In this document: in pieces, positions 35,153 through 45,460 of the stretch
How positions within the stretch are numbered: the stretch's first letter is position 1
How the letters are laid out: every line of letters starts with the position of its first letter
Origin: Cryomorphaceae bacterium
GTDB taxonomy: Bacteria > Bacteroidota > Bacteroidia > Flavobacteriales_G > Salibacteraceae
Direction of reading: 5' to 3'
Assembly (NCBI GenBank): GCA_040221375.1
Contig: JAVKEP010000072.1
Coordinates: 6,036 to 70,035, forward strand
DNA length: 64,000 nt
Position numbers and translations under genes: made by a program
Notes under the pieces: generated by a model
What the model was told of the DNA's origin: nothing
Seen by the model: only the letters and a program-made list of their open reading frames with translations
The model's database searches: none

Positions 35153-35848
35153 CTAGCAGTTGATGTCTGTGAAGCGCTGAATATCCTTTACCAAGCCAAA
35201 GACCATCAGTGTATCGTTCTCCGTAATCGTCGTCTTCGAACTTGGAACACCCAGCACGTGCTGCTCGGTGATCTGTTGGCCATTCTTGGTTTCGAGAAAC
35301 TCGCGCTTGATAGTGATTACAGTCAATTTGTACTTATCCCTCAGCCCGATGTCTTCCAGCGAGCGGTTGATAATTCCCTTCGGCGCTTTGATTTCTACGA
35401 TCTCATAGCTGTCAGGAAGTTCGAGGTAACTCAAGATGTTTGGATTCAACAATCGTTCGGCGACGATCTTCCCGACTTCGTCTTCTGGAGAGAGGATTTC
35501 GCTCACCCCTATGCGCTCCAAGATCATGCGTTGGTGTTGACCATGCGCCCGGGCGATGATGCGCTTTACATCCAATTCGAGCAGGTGAGCCGCGCAGAGA
35601 AGGAGCGCTTCGAAATCTTTACCTATTGCCAATACAACGGCATCTACTTCATGAACGCCTTGAGACATAAGCGCCTTCTTATCCGTGGCATCCATCGTAA
35701 TGGCGTGGGCAACATCGTCTTTGATCGACTCGATGTGGACTGGATTATTGTCGATGGCAATCACCTCGGCGCCTTTACCTGCCAACACAGAAGCAATCGC
35801 CCTTCCGAATTGTCCCAGACCGATTACCGCATACCTTTTTGTTGTCAT
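35153..35848 (-). CDS. TrkA/KtrA-type potassium transporter regulatory subunit (RCK N and C domains)
   Basis: MTTKRYAVIGLGQFGRAIA Rossmann start (ATG at 35848). The TTG at 35869 in the ORF track is less likely. Confidence 0.85.
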   Translation of the reverse strand: MTTKRYAVIGLGQFGRAIASVLAGKGAEVIAIDNNPVHIESIKDDVAHAITMDATDKKALMSQGVHEVDAVVLAIGKDFEALLLCAAHLLELDVKRIIARAHGQHQRMILERIGVSEILSPEDEVGKIVAERLLNPNILSYLELPDSYEIVEIKAPKGIINRSLEDIGLRDKYKLTVITIKREFLETKNGQQITEQHVLGVPSSKTTITENDTLMVFGLVKDIQRFTDINC

Positions 35849-35918
35849 ATTTCTTGTTAGAGAGAACAAACATAAACAGGATACTCCGATCGCTTTTTTA
35901 AAAATATTTACTGTCCGC

Positions 35919-35944
35919 TGTAACTTTACGGCATCCGCATCGTC
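35919..35944 (+). promoter_or_regulatory. ECF-type promoter (TGTAAC-N16-CGTC) upstream of the ECF sigma gene
   Basis: cTGTAACTT (35918-35926), then CGTC at 35941-35944, 25 nt before the TTG start. Same architecture as at 37523-37548. Confidence 0.5.
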
Positions 35945-35968
35945 TCATCTTCAGCAACCTCAACCACC

Positions 35969-36451
35969 TTGACCGTAAAAGAGTACAATGGATTTGTAGA
36001 TCGATGGGCCGATGGCCTGTATAGATTTGCTTTGTCCATGTGCAAGGACCGAGATGTTGCGAAAGACGCCGTCCAAGAATCGTTTGTCAAACTATGGGAG
36101 CGAAAGGATCAAGTAGATCCCTCCAAGGTGAAGAGCTATCTCTTCACTACCGTACATCACAAAATTATCGATGGATTCCGGAGAGACAATAAGCACGAAG
36201 CGATCGAAAACGCTTCCATCCAACAGACTACGCATCAGGGCAATCACGATTTACAAGAGGTCCTTCACGAAGCGCTCAACACGCTTTCAGAATTGCAACG
36301 AAGTGTGATTCTACTGCGGGACTACGAAGGGTATAACTACGAGGAAATCACGGAGATTACTGGGCTCTCGCTTTCGCAGGTGAAGGTCTATATTTTTCGA
36401 GGGCGACAAAAATTGAAGCAATACATCGGAAGCATTGAAGCAGTATTATGA
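35969..36451 (+). CDS. ECF-family RNA polymerase sigma factor (TTG start)
   Basis: 160 aa. Region 2 (DAVQESFVKLWE) and region 4 (LRDYEGYNYEEITEITGLSLSQVKVYIFRGRQKL). Confidence 0.9.
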   Translation: MTVKEYNGFVDRWADGLYRFALSMCKDRDVAKDAVQESFVKLWERKDQVDPSKVKSYLFTTVHHKIIDGFRRDNKHEAIENASIQQTTHQGNHDLQEVLHEALNTLSELQRSVILLRDYEGYNYEEITEITGLSLSQVKVYIFRGRQKLKQYIGSIEAVL

Positions 36452-37509
36452 GTCAAGTCATTGACATATCAACGTACGAACACTACGCCTTAGACTATAT
36501 CGAAGGAAGCTTGAGCCCTTCTCTCATGGAAGCGTTCGATGCTTTTCTTTTGACCCATCCCGAAATTGCAGCGGAGGTTGATTCACTCCGAGATGCTGAA
36601 GTGTTGATGCCACAGGACTTGGCATTTGACAAAGCATCTCTAAAAATCAACGTGACGGCGACCAGCGAAATTGACGAGGGCAATTATGAATCCTTCTTCA
36701 TCCAAGACGTTGAAGGAATGATTGATCCATCCATTCAGCAGGAGTTGGTTCGTTTCTTAGCGCTCAACCCCTCGCTTTCCAGGGATTACCAGTTATATCA
36801 GCAGACGAAACTCTTACCCAACCAAAACGTTGTCTATCCCGGGAAATCGAACCTCCGTCGTGCCATTCCTCTGTGGGAGACGACCATGACCTACGCTTAT
36901 CGAGTCGCCGCAATCTTGGTGCTTGCTCTTGGCGCTGTGACCGCCATGAATTGGCTTGCCGATGAAGTTTATTTGCCGCGCACCGGCAGTTCAGCCTTTA
37001 CCGTCATGGACGAGCTCAAAGATCCAGTGAAGTCTTCCATTGCCAAGACCGAAGCACCCACACCAATCGGGAAACACAGTGCGTCATCCCCTAGCCTAGC
37101 TCAGGATGCATCACCCAGTGCAGGATCTTCTAAAGTTCGGGCAGAATTACCTGAGCAGATACCAACGCTATTGGCCCAAATCAAACATCCCATTCGATCG
37201 AAAATTGAAGACCGAGACGTCGGTTCATATATTCCGCAAGTTGCGGCTTGGGCGACAGAAGAAGTGTACGCTCAGAATGAATCTTCCCAGGGGCAGTCGA
37301 TGAACTTGTCGCAATTTATTGGAAAACGAATTCTGGGAATTGACCCACAAAAAACACCCACGACAAAGGATTTGCTCCGAGAAGGATTATTCAAAACCAT
37401 CGACGACCGTGAGTCGGTTTCGTTGAGTACCTCAGACCCCGATGATAACAAGCGGTCATTCGAATTCTTGGCTGGAAATTTTGAGTTCAGACGCGTGAAC
37501 TACAAATAA
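36448..37509 (+). CDS. Putative anti-sigma factor (single-pass membrane protein)
   Basis: 4-nt overlap with the sigma gene. One central TM (VAAILVLALGAVTAMNWL). No conserved zinc motif seen. Confidence 0.5.
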   Translation: MSQVIDISTYEHYALDYIEGSLSPSLMEAFDAFLLTHPEIAAEVDSLRDAEVLMPQDLAFDKASLKINVTATSEIDEGNYESFFIQDVEGMIDPSIQQELVRFLALNPSLSRDYQLYQQTKLLPNQNVVYPGKSNLRRAIPLWETTMTYAYRVAAILVLALGAVTAMNWLADEVYLPRTGSSAFTVMDELKDPVKSSIAKTEAPTPIGKHSASSPSLAQDASPSAGSSKVRAELPEQIPTLLAQIKHPIRSKIEDRDVGSYIPQVAAWATEEVYAQNESSQGQSMNLSQFIGKRILGIDPQKTPTTKDLLREGLFKTIDDRESVSLSTSDPDDNKRSFEFLAGNFEFRRVNYK

Positions 37510-37522
37510 TCTTTCCTTCCCC

Positions 37523-37548
37523 TGTAACTTCTTTCGGGTCCCACCGTC
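37523..37548 (+). promoter_or_regulatory. Second ECF-type promoter (TGTAAC-N16-CGTC) upstream of the beta-barrel gene
   Basis: cTGTAACTT (37522-37530), then CGTC at 37545-37548, 24 nt before the ATG at 37573. Confidence 0.5.
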
Positions 37549-37572
37549 CTACATCAAACAACAAGGAAAAAC

Positions 37573-38484
37573 ATGAAAACTCCTATACTATTTACTTTGG
37601 TTTTGAGCTTGATGGTCTCCATGGCATTTGCCCAAAATGATACCGGTCAAACTCCCAAACCCGACACAGGCGATGTTGAAGTGGTCATCTCTCCAAAAAG
37701 AGGGCAAGACTCAACAATCGTAAGGGTTGCAGGCATGAAAATCATCGTGTTGAGCGACAATAAAAAAGACGACGACGCGAGCGTTGTGGATCAAGCAAAA
37801 GAAAACGATGAGGACTGGGAAGATGACGACGACAAAGACGACGACAACAAACAGGATCCCGTTAGCCATTGGGCGGGAATTCGGCTAGGGGTGAACGGAT
37901 ATTTTGCGGGCTATTCTGACCTCCCCCTCCAAACGGGCGACGAGAACCTTGAATTGGATTATGGACGAAGCGTGAGCTGGGACTTGAACCTCATTGAAAA
38001 GGACTTTAGGATTTACAAAGAGTACGTGGAAGTAGTAACAGGGCTCGGATTTCACTTCGCGAACTATTCCTTCAATAGCCAATACGCCACCTTGCGACCA
38101 ACGACTCCTTTCACTTACGCCGTCGACAGCGCGCGCATATTGACCCGCAACAAGTTAAAGGCCGTTTACGTCACAGCGCCATTGATGATCGGTTTTAGCA
38201 CGCATAAAAAAGAAGAGAAGGCCTTTCGATTCGCCGCTGGCGGTCAAGTTTCTTGGAGGATCAACTCAAAGCTCAAGCAGCGATACGCTGAGAACGGTGA
38301 CAACAATACGACTAAGTACAAAGGAGATTTCGATTTGAATCCCTTCTTATTTCATGCTACGGCGAGCTTGGGATATGGACCAGTTAACATTTACGCCAAC
38401 TACGGTCTCAATTCACTCTTTCAAAACGGAAGAACGAACGGTGACCTCCGGCCCTTTGACGTAGGCGTTCAGCTGATGTTCTAA
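37573..38484 (+). CDS. Outer-membrane beta-barrel protein (PorT/OmpA-beta-barrel-like) with an acidic N-terminal linker
   Basis: Signal peptide, then a D/E-rich stretch (KKDDDASVVDQAKENDEDWEDDDDKDDDNKQD), then alternating beta-strand pattern ending in ...VGVQLMF. Confidence 0.7.
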   Translation: MKTPILFTLVLSLMVSMAFAQNDTGQTPKPDTGDVEVVISPKRGQDSTIVRVAGMKIIVLSDNKKDDDASVVDQAKENDEDWEDDDDKDDDNKQDPVSHWAGIRLGVNGYFAGYSDLPLQTGDENLELDYGRSVSWDLNLIEKDFRIYKEYVEVVTGLGFHFANYSFNSQYATLRPTTPFTYAVDSARILTRNKLKAVYVTAPLMIGFSTHKKEEKAFRFAAGGQVSWRINSKLKQRYAENGDNNTTKYKGDFDLNPFLFHATASLGYGPVNIYANYGLNSLFQNGRTNGDLRPFDVGVQLMF

Positions 38485-38510
38485 AAGATCTCTGTTTAGT
38501 TAGGTTGCAA

Positions 38511-38547
38511 GAAGGTTTCGTTCATCGCTGGCGAAACCTTCTTTTTT
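38511..38547 (+). terminator. Rho-independent terminator
   Basis: 10-bp stem GAAGGTTTCG/CGAAACCTTC with an 11-nt loop, followed by TTTTTT. Confidence 0.7.
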
Positions 38548-39949
38548 ATGGCCTTCTTTTGTACAAATAGGTATCGGAGACGGGGAAACGTTTCAAAAAT
38601 TCCACGTCCTTGCCATCCACGCAATCCACATCTTTCGCGAACAAATAATAGTAAGGCGTTTCACCGGCTTCGTCGCAGAACTCCAAGCCCGCAGGTAGAA
38701 TTTGATGCACATCCAATTGCCGCTTGTAAAACATGATGGTCGCATTCATGTATGTCGACTTTCCGATGTGAAACCTTGCTTCTGGTGCAGCGTGTTCTTG
38801 GATGATGCGGATTGCTTTCCCCGTGTCTGCGTGTTCTTTAAAATCCAATTGATAAGAGAAGTTCAGGTTGAGCGCCGTGTTAACCATACAAGCGGCGGCA
38901 AGCAGAATTCCTATTCTGTATTTCCAAGGCGAAGACCTGGAATTGAAGAGCAACCAATAGCCACTCAACAACAACAAGGGAAGCAGAAAAAGTGCCGTTC
39001 TGTCGATCAAATAGGGTGAACCGATGAGGTAGTGCTGAGCCACGCTTCCCCCGCTGGTTAAAACCATGATCCACGCTATCCAAAACCCAATCTGTTTATA
39101 CGTTCCCCGCGCTAAATTGAGCAAGAGCAACCCCGACGCTAGGGCTAAGGTCATCGCATAAAAGACGCTCAAATAGAACCCGCCAAAACGGTTGTACAAT
39201 GTCCTGTTGGCCAACGACCCCAACGTGTCGGTAAAGAACCCTGTGCTCCCACCGTAGTATAGTTCGTTCGCTTCAATTAGCCTTGAAATTGGTGCGTAGT
39301 ACATCAGAATGGCTACGAAAAGTCCGGAGATTACCGGCCACAAGAATCGCTTGCCGTTCTTGTCTTTCAAGTAGCCAAAAACCAATGCGAGCATGGCACT
39401 GCAGAGCACAAGTAAGTACGTGAAATTCGCGTAGGCAGCCAAGAGACTGAAGCCTATTGCCCACCAAGCATCGGTACTGCGTTGTTTGGTAAACAAGCGG
39501 TCAAGGTGGTAGATGACACCCGACGTACATGCGAGCGCCAGTGCGTACCCTCTTGCGGTCGCAAAATAATCGAGCAAATAAGGCTGATAAAGCACAGAGA
39601 AAAAGGGCAGCCACCACCACTTGCTGTGCAGTCGCAACGACAGTTTGAACAAGAAGTACATAAACACCAGCATGCTGACCAACACAGGAATGCGCAATGC
39701 ATATTCGGAAGTGCCGAACAAGGCAGCCGTGAGTTTCATGGCCAAGGAGTGTAACACGTGGTTGTTGGCCGCTGGATTTGCGTTGGTCAGGACGCTCAAA
39801 ATGTCAGATGAAGCATACCCTAAAAACGTCCAACACTCATCGTACGTGAAATCGAGACAGGCGGCCCTAAAGTGCACGATCAGTACGACCGGAATCGACA
39901 TTAGAATTGCCGCAAAAGATGGCCGTATGTTGATCTGCGAAATACGCAT
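38546..39949 (-). CDS. GT-C-fold membrane glycosyltransferase-like protein (ArnT/PMT-like)
   Basis: 467 aa, ~11 TM helices. First-loop acidic motif TYDECW matches the position of RLWDE in the two suf-embedded paralogues. Soluble C-terminal domain. Confidence 0.55.
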   Translation of the reverse strand: MRISQINIRPSFAAILMSIPVVLIVHFRAACLDFTYDECWTFLGYASSDILSVLTNANPAANNHVLHSLAMKLTAALFGTSEYALRIPVLVSMLVFMYFLFKLSLRLHSKWWWLPFFSVLYQPYLLDYFATARGYALALACTSGVIYHLDRLFTKQRSTDAWWAIGFSLLAAYANFTYLLVLCSAMLALVFGYLKDKNGKRFLWPVISGLFVAILMYYAPISRLIEANELYYGGSTGFFTDTLGSLANRTLYNRFGGFYLSVFYAMTLALASGLLLLNLARGTYKQIGFWIAWIMVLTSGGSVAQHYLIGSPYLIDRTALFLLPLLLLSGYWLLFNSRSSPWKYRIGILLAAACMVNTALNLNFSYQLDFKEHADTGKAIRIIQEHAAPEARFHIGKSTYMNATIMFYKRQLDVHQILPAGLEFCDEAGETPYYYLFAKDVDCVDGKDVEFLKRFPVSDTYLYKRRP

Positions 39950-40044
39950 GGCTTGTTATCTCAAGAGCCGACCAATACGCTGAACTTTACTTAGTTTTGG
40001 CCGCCATCGGAAAGGTAGCGTACCTAAAACTAAGATCACAAGGC

Positions 40045-41586
40045 ATGAGAGAAAAGTTTGAACGATTAGAAGCGAAAAAGTCCGAAGCAAAGCTCGGAGG
40101 AGGTAAGAAGCGCATAGAATCGCAGCATAAAAAAGGAAAGCTTACGGCCAGGGAACGGATCGAACTTTTGTTTGACAAAGGGTCATTCGAAGAGATCGGC
40201 ATGTTGGTTACCCACCGCAGCACCCATTTCGGATTGGACAAGCAGAAGTTTCTTGGTGATGGAGTTGTCACCGGATACGGAAAAGTAAACGGTCGATTGG
40301 TCTACGCCTTTTCTCAGGACTTTACCGTTCTAGGAGGTTCTCTCGCGGAGGCTCATGCTGAGAAGATTGTAAAAGTGATGGACTTGGCGATGCAGAACGG
40401 TGCCCCAGTCATCGGATTGAATGATTCAGGCGGCGCTCGGATTCAGGAAGGGGTGGTATCGTTGGGAGGATATGCAGATATATTTTACCGTAATACCCTA
40501 TCCAGTGGGGTGATTCCTCAAATCAGCGCAATTTTAGGCCCCTGCGCTGGTGGGGCTGTGTACTCCCCAGCACTGACCGATTTTATCTTGATGGTTGAGC
40601 ATACGAGCTACATGTTCGTAACCGGACCAAACGTCGTTAAGACGGTGACAAACGAAGACGTTACTGCTGAAGAGCTAGGAGGCGCAGATACCCACGCCTC
40701 TAAATCCGGAGTGACCCATTTTGCGTGCGAAAACGAAGTGGAAGCCTTGGAACGCATCAAGCAACTGTTGAGCTACATGCCTTCGAATTGCGAAGATGAG
40801 CCGCCGATGCTGCCGTACGAGCCCGGTAACGAAAGTCGGCCAGCACTCAATGAAATCATTCCTGAAAACCCGAACCAACCTTATGACATACGCACGGTCA
40901 TCGACGGTACGGTAGACGATGATTCTTTTCTTGAAGTGCACAAGGATTACGCGGAAAATATTGTGGTAGGATTTGCCCGACTGGCGGGTAGAAGCATAGG
41001 CATTGTGGCCAACCAACCCCAAGTGCTCGCAGGCGTACTCGACGTGAATTCGTCGAAAAAAGGCGCGCGGTTTGTACGATTTTGTGACTGTTTCAATATT
41101 CCGCTCTTGGTTTTTGAGGACGTGCCAGGATTTCTTCCGGGAACTGACCAAGAATGGAATGCCATCATCACCAACGGCGCAAAATTGCTCTATGCCTTTA
41201 GTGAAGCCACCGTGCCGAGGGTTACGGTAATCACGAGAAAAGCATACGGTGGCGCTTACGACGTGATGAATTCGAAACACATTGGCGCGGACATGAATTT
41301 TGCGTGGCCAAATGCTGAAATCGCGGTTATGGGTGCCAAAGGTGCTGCAGAAATCATCTTCAGAAAAGAGATCACGGAATCGGCAGACCCAGCTGCGAAG
41401 CTGAGGGAAAAGGAAATCGAATACGCTGAGTTATTCGCCAACCCTTACAACGCTGCTGCTAGAGGCTATGTGGATGAAGTAATTCTACCAGAAAAAACGA
41501 GGGAGAAGCTGATCCGAGCGTTTGAGATGCTCGAAAACAAGGTCACTACCTTGCCGAGAAAGAAGCACGGAAACATTCCCCTTTAA
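40045..41586 (+). CDS. Acyl-CoA carboxyltransferase (propionyl-CoA carboxylase beta / methylmalonyl-CoA decarboxylase alpha)
   Basis: [42 protein letters not shown]... and the full-length carboxyl_trans pattern. Confidence 0.93.
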   Translation: MREKFERLEAKKSEAKLGGGKKRIESQHKKGKLTARERIELLFDKGSFEEIGMLVTHRSTHFGLDKQKFLGDGVVTGYGKVNGRLVYAFSQDFTVLGGSLAEAHAEKIVKVMDLAMQNGAPVIGLNDSGGARIQEGVVSLGGYADIFYRNTLSSGVIPQISAILGPCAGGAVYSPALTDFILMVEHTSYMFVTGPNVVKTVTNEDVTAEELGGADTHASKSGVTHFACENEVEALERIKQLLSYMPSNCEDEPPMLPYEPGNESRPALNEIIPENPNQPYDIRTVIDGTVDDDSFLEVHKDYAENIVVGFARLAGRSIGIVANQPQVLAGVLDVNSSKKGARFVRFCDCFNIPLLVFEDVPGFLPGTDQEWNAIITNGAKLLYAFSEATVPRVTVITRKAYGGAYDVMNSKHIGADMNFAWPNAEIAVMGAKGAAEIIFRKEITESADPAAKLREKEIEYAELFANPYNAAARGYVDEVILPEKTREKLIRAFEMLENKVTTLPRKKHGNIPL

Positions 41587-41593
41587 TCGTTCG

Positions 41594-41995
41594 TCAATTC
41601 AGGGAAGCATCGATGAAAAACGTTCCATCGCGGGAGAAGGATGGTTGTTGCCTTAACGAGCAGCCTCCATTGAGAATTTTCTCATAGCCATTGTGAATAG
41701 TGGCATCCAGAAAGTGCGTAACGCCGGTGGGCTGGAACCGTATGATGAACATCTCGTCGAAATCAACGCGGCTGTACAATCGTCGGTGTGTGAACTCCAT
41801 GTTGGTAAACTGTACCGATTGTCCTGGCTCTAGTGGAACCAATTCGGTAATCGAGTACTCGCCTAATACGTCCCCTTCGGAAATGGCGTACGCTACTTGA
41901 ACTTGGCATTTGGTCTGGTCGCTGCTGCTGATGGTTTGTGCATCGGCGCAAGACAGCATGAGGACGAAGGTCAACGTCGCGAGTAGATGTCTCAT
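41594..41995 (-). CDS. Hypothetical secreted/lipoprotein
   Basis: Signal peptide MRHLLATLTFVLMLSCADAQ. 133 aa. Confidence 0.5.
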   Translation of the reverse strand: MRHLLATLTFVLMLSCADAQTISSSDQTKCQVQVAYAISEGDVLGEYSITELVPLEPGQSVQFTNMEFTHRRLYSRVDFDEMFIIRFQPTGVTHFLDATIHNGYEKILNGGCSLRQQPSFSRDGTFFIDASLN

Positions 41996-42080
41996 AAAAG
42001 TTAGTTCGGTTCAACCCAAAGATTGTCTTTTCAGATTCAAATCCAAAACAGAAACGGCGCTAAATCGGGAGAACGATTGA

Positions 42081-42779
42081 TTAGGTGAGCAGCACCCGTA
42101 CGAAGTTTACCCCTTCACGGAGGATCACTCCCAGCCCCATTTTGCTGAACGTCACGTCGTTACGAAGTTTCACAACGACCGGTTCAATCACGAGTCCTTC
42201 GGTTCTGACGGCTCGTTTGATGAAGTCCATGTCGACCAAAAAACGATTGATTCGAGTAGCTAAAAACACATCCCGCCCTTTGCGATTCATTCCTTTCAAA
42301 CCACATTGTGTATCGGTTATAGGGAAATGCAGTATGCGTTTTAACAAAAATCGAAACGATTCACTCATGCCTTTTCTAAACCATGGTACGCTCGCGTAGT
42401 AGTCTTGTTCACGATATCCAAGCGCGATATCAACGCCATTTTCTACGGCATGGGTGATGGCAGTCATGCTCTCGACGGTATAAGGAAAATCTGCATCGGT
42501 GTACAAAATGACATCACTGCTTGCGTTGAGCACGCCTTGACGCAAGGCAGCGCCTTTCCCTGAATTGTCTTTTATACGGATGACTCGGACGTTTTGGTCT
42601 CGACCCACCAAGGCATCAAAAGGAGCGGTGCTAGTTGAACCATCATCCACCACGATCAAGCGTACGTTTTTTCCGGAAGCCGTCGCTAGCTGATGCTTTC
42701 GTTCCAAGGTTTCCTCGACCCACCCTTCGCTAGGGTTGAGTACCGGAAGTACGACGTCTATGGAGTGCTCTTCGTTCAC
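42081..42779 (-). CDS. Family 2 glycosyltransferase, polyprenyl-phosphate hexosyltransferase-like (DPG-synthase-like)
   Basis: VVLPVLN, VVDDGST, NSGKGAALRQG, TDADFPY, DTQCGLKG motifs. Confidence 0.85.
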   Translation of the reverse strand: MNEEHSIDVVLPVLNPSEGWVEETLERKHQLATASGKNVRLIVVDDGSTSTAPFDALVGRDQNVRVIRIKDNSGKGAALRQGVLNASSDVILYTDADFPYTVESMTAITHAVENGVDIALGYREQDYYASVPWFRKGMSESFRFLLKRILHFPITDTQCGLKGMNRKGRDVFLATRINRFLVDMDFIKRAVRTEGLVIEPVVVKLRNDVTFSKMGLGVILREGVNFVRVLLT

Positions 42780-42811
42780 GGGTGCTCAAATGTAAGGATG
42801 TGCTGTCACGC

Positions 42812-44179
42812 CTATCCAAACAAGGATCGAAACACCTCATCGATTCGTTTGACTGGGTGTATGGTAATGCCAAATGCCTTTGTATCCAGCCCTTTCAGTC
42901 CATACCCAGAGATGTAAATGTCTTCAAAGCCGAGTTTCTCCGCTTCTCGAATGCGTTGCTCGATGCGCGTAACGGGCCTTATTTCGCCACTCAAACCGAC
43001 CTCACCTGCAAAACACGTGTGGCCTGGTATCGGATAGTCTTCCGAACTCGAAAGCGCGGAACAAACGACAGCAAGGTCGATGGCAGGGTCATCAACTCGT
43101 ATTCCTCCGGCCATGTTGACAAACACATCGAATTTACCAATCGCCAATCCGCATCGTTTTTCGAGGACGGCCAAAAGCATGTGCAATCGGCGTTGGTCGA
43201 ATCCCGTGGTGGTGCGTTGTGGCGTTCCATACGCTGCGGTGCTCACCAGGCTCTGTACTTCGATCATCATCGGCCGGGCTCCTTCCATGCTGGCGGCGAT
43301 GGCAGATCCACTCAGGCCTTCGTCTCGTTGCGACAGCAAGACTTGTGAAGGGTTGTCAACCTCCTTCAAGCCGCTTCCCTGCATCTCATAGATGCCCAGT
43401 TCGTTCGTAGACCCAAATCGATTCTTTGATGATCTCAATAGGCGATAGAGGTGCTGTCGATCCCCTTCAAACTGCAGAACCACATCTACCATGTGCTCCA
43501 TGACCTTAGGCCCGGCGATATTTCCTTCTTTGGTGATATGGCCGATCAGAATGACCGGGGTTTCAGATTCTTTCGCAAACTGGATCAATTCGCCTGTGCA
43601 TTCGCGAATCTGAGCGACCGAACCGGGTACGGAATCAATTTCGGGGCTCTGGAGGGTTTGGATCGAATCTATGATGACCAAATCGGGGTTGGATTCGTCG
43701 ATGCGTTCCATGACGCGCTCCAGTGATGTGTCGGTAAGAAGGAGCAGTTGATCGTGTAAATCGCCAATACGTTCGGCGCGCATCTTGATCTGATTGGCGC
43801 TCTCTTCACCAGATACATAAAGGGTTTTGGCCGATTTGAATCGCAATCCCAGTTGGAGAAGTAAGGTGGATTTTCCTATTCCAGGATCGCCTCCAATGAG
43901 GGTCACGCTGCCAGGCACGAGCCCACCACCGAGCACTCGACTCAATTCACTATCGGGGATTGGAATGCGTTCGGCGGTATCCGAACTTACCTGGGTAATC
44001 GGAACGGGCTTCTTGGCGAGGTTGTCTGAGTAATTCCGTTTGATTCCGGATTTTGACTCCTTATAGATCACCTCCTCGATGAGGGTATTCCACTCTGCAC
44101 AAGAGGAACATTTCCCCATCCATTTAGGGAAATTTGAGCCACAGTTTTGGCAGACGAATGCTGTTTTAGTTTTGGCCAT
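42812..44179 (-). CDS. radA: DNA repair protein RadA/Sms
   Basis: N-terminal zinc finger CQNCGS...CSSC, Walker A GGDPGIGKST, KNRFG motif, Lon-like C-terminal domain. Confidence 0.95.
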   Translation of the reverse strand: MAKTKTAFVCQNCGSNFPKWMGKCSSCAEWNTLIEEVIYKESKSGIKRNYSDNLAKKPVPITQVSSDTAERIPIPDSELSRVLGGGLVPGSVTLIGGDPGIGKSTLLLQLGLRFKSAKTLYVSGEESANQIKMRAERIGDLHDQLLLLTDTSLERVMERIDESNPDLVIIDSIQTLQSPEIDSVPGSVAQIRECTGELIQFAKESETPVILIGHITKEGNIAGPKVMEHMVDVVLQFEGDRQHLYRLLRSSKNRFGSTNELGIYEMQGSGLKEVDNPSQVLLSQRDEGLSGSAIAASMEGARPMMIEVQSLVSTAAYGTPQRTTTGFDQRRLHMLLAVLEKRCGLAIGKFDVFVNMAGGIRVDDPAIDLAVVCSALSSSEDYPIPGHTCFAGEVGLSGEIRPVTRIEQRIREAEKLGFEDIYISGYGLKGLDTKAFGITIHPVKRIDEVFRSLFG

Positions 44180-44230
44180 GATAGGGGGCGAAAGATGCGA
44201 AAATCAAGTGAGTAAAGCAGTCCAAATGAA

Positions 44231-45460
44231 TCAAGATAACATCGTCACCGCTTTCTTTAGGGCTTCGATGAAAAGGTCCACTTCGTGCTTGGTGTTGTAC
44301 ACCGCAAACGATGCTCGCACGGTGCCAGGAATGCCAAATCGATCCATCAGTGGTTGGGTGCAGTGGTGGCCTGTCCTCACCGCGACGCCTTGTTGGTCTA
44401 AAATGGTACCGACATCCGAAGGGTGTGTTCCTTCCACAAGAAAGGAAACGACCCCCGCCTTCTCATCGGCAGTGCCGATGAATCGGATTCCAGGAATCGC
44501 CATCATGGCGTCAACGGCATAGTTGTGCAGCTCGGTCTCCCATTGTGCGATTTCCTCGATGCCTATCTCGTGGATAAAATCCATGGCGGCTCCCAGCGCG
44601 ATGGTATCGGCTATGTTGGGTGTACCTGCCTCAAACTTGAAGGGTAAGGCGTTGTAGGTAGTTTCTTCGAAGGTCACTGACTCGATCATTTCTCCGCCCC
44701 CGTGATACGGAGGCATGTCGTTGAGCCAATATTCCTTGCCGTATAAAAATCCGATGCCGGTGGGACCGTACATTTTATGTCCTGAAACACAATAAAAATC
44801 GGCATCGAGTTCCTGTACGTCAATCGCGAGGTGTGGAGCACCTTGGGCGCCATCGATCAAAACTGCCGCGCCTACCTTATGTGCCTTAGTAATGATTTCC
44901 TCCACTGGGTTCACGGTGCCTAAGGCATTGCTGACGTGACTAACCGCTACGATTCTGGTCTTCCCTGAGAGCAGTTCGTCGAAGCGGTCCATGATGATTT
45001 CTCCTTTGTCATCGATTGGGATCACCTTCAGCACAGCACCCCAATCTTGACACATCATTTGCCACGGAACAATGTTGCTGTGGTGCTCCATCGTAGAAAT
45101 CAAGACCTCATCTCCTTCTTCAATGAATGCTTTGCCAAAAGAGGTCGCAACCAGGTTGATCGCTTCGGTCACCCCTCGTGTGAAGATGATCTCGTGCTCG
45201 TGTTCAGCGTTGACGAAGGCCTGTGCTTTGCGTCGCACCGCTTCGAACTTATCGGTCGCTCGCTGGCTTAGAAAATGCACACCGCGATGGACATTCGCGT
45301 GCTCTTTGGTATAGTAGTGCTGCAGCGCTTCTACCACGCAGATCGGTTTCTGTGAAGAGGCTGCATTATCAAAGTAGACCAGTGGTCGGCCATTGACCTC
45401 TTGATCCAAGATGGGAAACTGTGCTCTTATTTTGTCGATATCAAGCATCGAGGTCTTCAA
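44231..45460 (-). CDS. sufS: Cysteine desulfurase SufS
   Basis: FDNAASSQKP, SGHKMYGPTGIG (PLP lysine) and the RTGHHC active-site loop. The start may be the internal ATG at 45448. Confidence 0.93.
   Translation of the reverse strand: MKTSMLDIDKIRAQFPILDQEVNGRPLVYFDNAASSQKPICVVEALQHYYTKEHANVHRGVHFLSQRATDKFEAVRRKAQAFVNAEHEHEIIFTRGVTEAINLVATSFGKAFIEEGDEVLISTMEHHSNIVPWQMMCQDWGAVLKVIPIDDKGEIIMDRFDELLSGKTRIVAVSHVSNALGTVNPVEEIITKAHKVGAAVLIDGAQGAPHLAIDVQELDADFYCVSGHKMYGPTGIGFLYGKEYWLNDMPPYHGGGEMIESVTFEETTYNALPFKFEAGTPNIADTIALGAAMDFIHEIGIEEIAQWETELHNYAVDAMMAIPGIRFIGTADEKAGVVSFLVEGTHPSDVGTILDQQGVAVRTGHHCTQPLMDRFGIPGTVRASFAVYNTKHEVDLFIEALKKAVTMLS

Noticed and set aside
35150-35860. Long ORFs on the strand opposite well-supported genes. 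Examples: 35150-35860(+) vs trkA, 40675-41280(-) vs the carboxyltransferase, 51198-51782(+) vs sufB, 19490-20089(-) vs the porin, 27780-28148(-), 29779-30162(+), 12414-12773(+), 14058-14411(+), and many 60-120-aa entries in the track.
   Set aside because: Each lies entirely inside a gene with clear family motifs on the other strand. Their translations are low-complexity or Arg/Ser/Leu-rich without motifs. They are treated as shadow ORFs.
37740-37860. GAC/GAT-rich triplet tracts here and in rpoN (about 61070-61200) looked like tandem DNA repeats.
   Set aside because: They are in frame and encode Asp/Glu-rich linkers of otherwise normal proteins. They are not CRISPR or satellite arrays.
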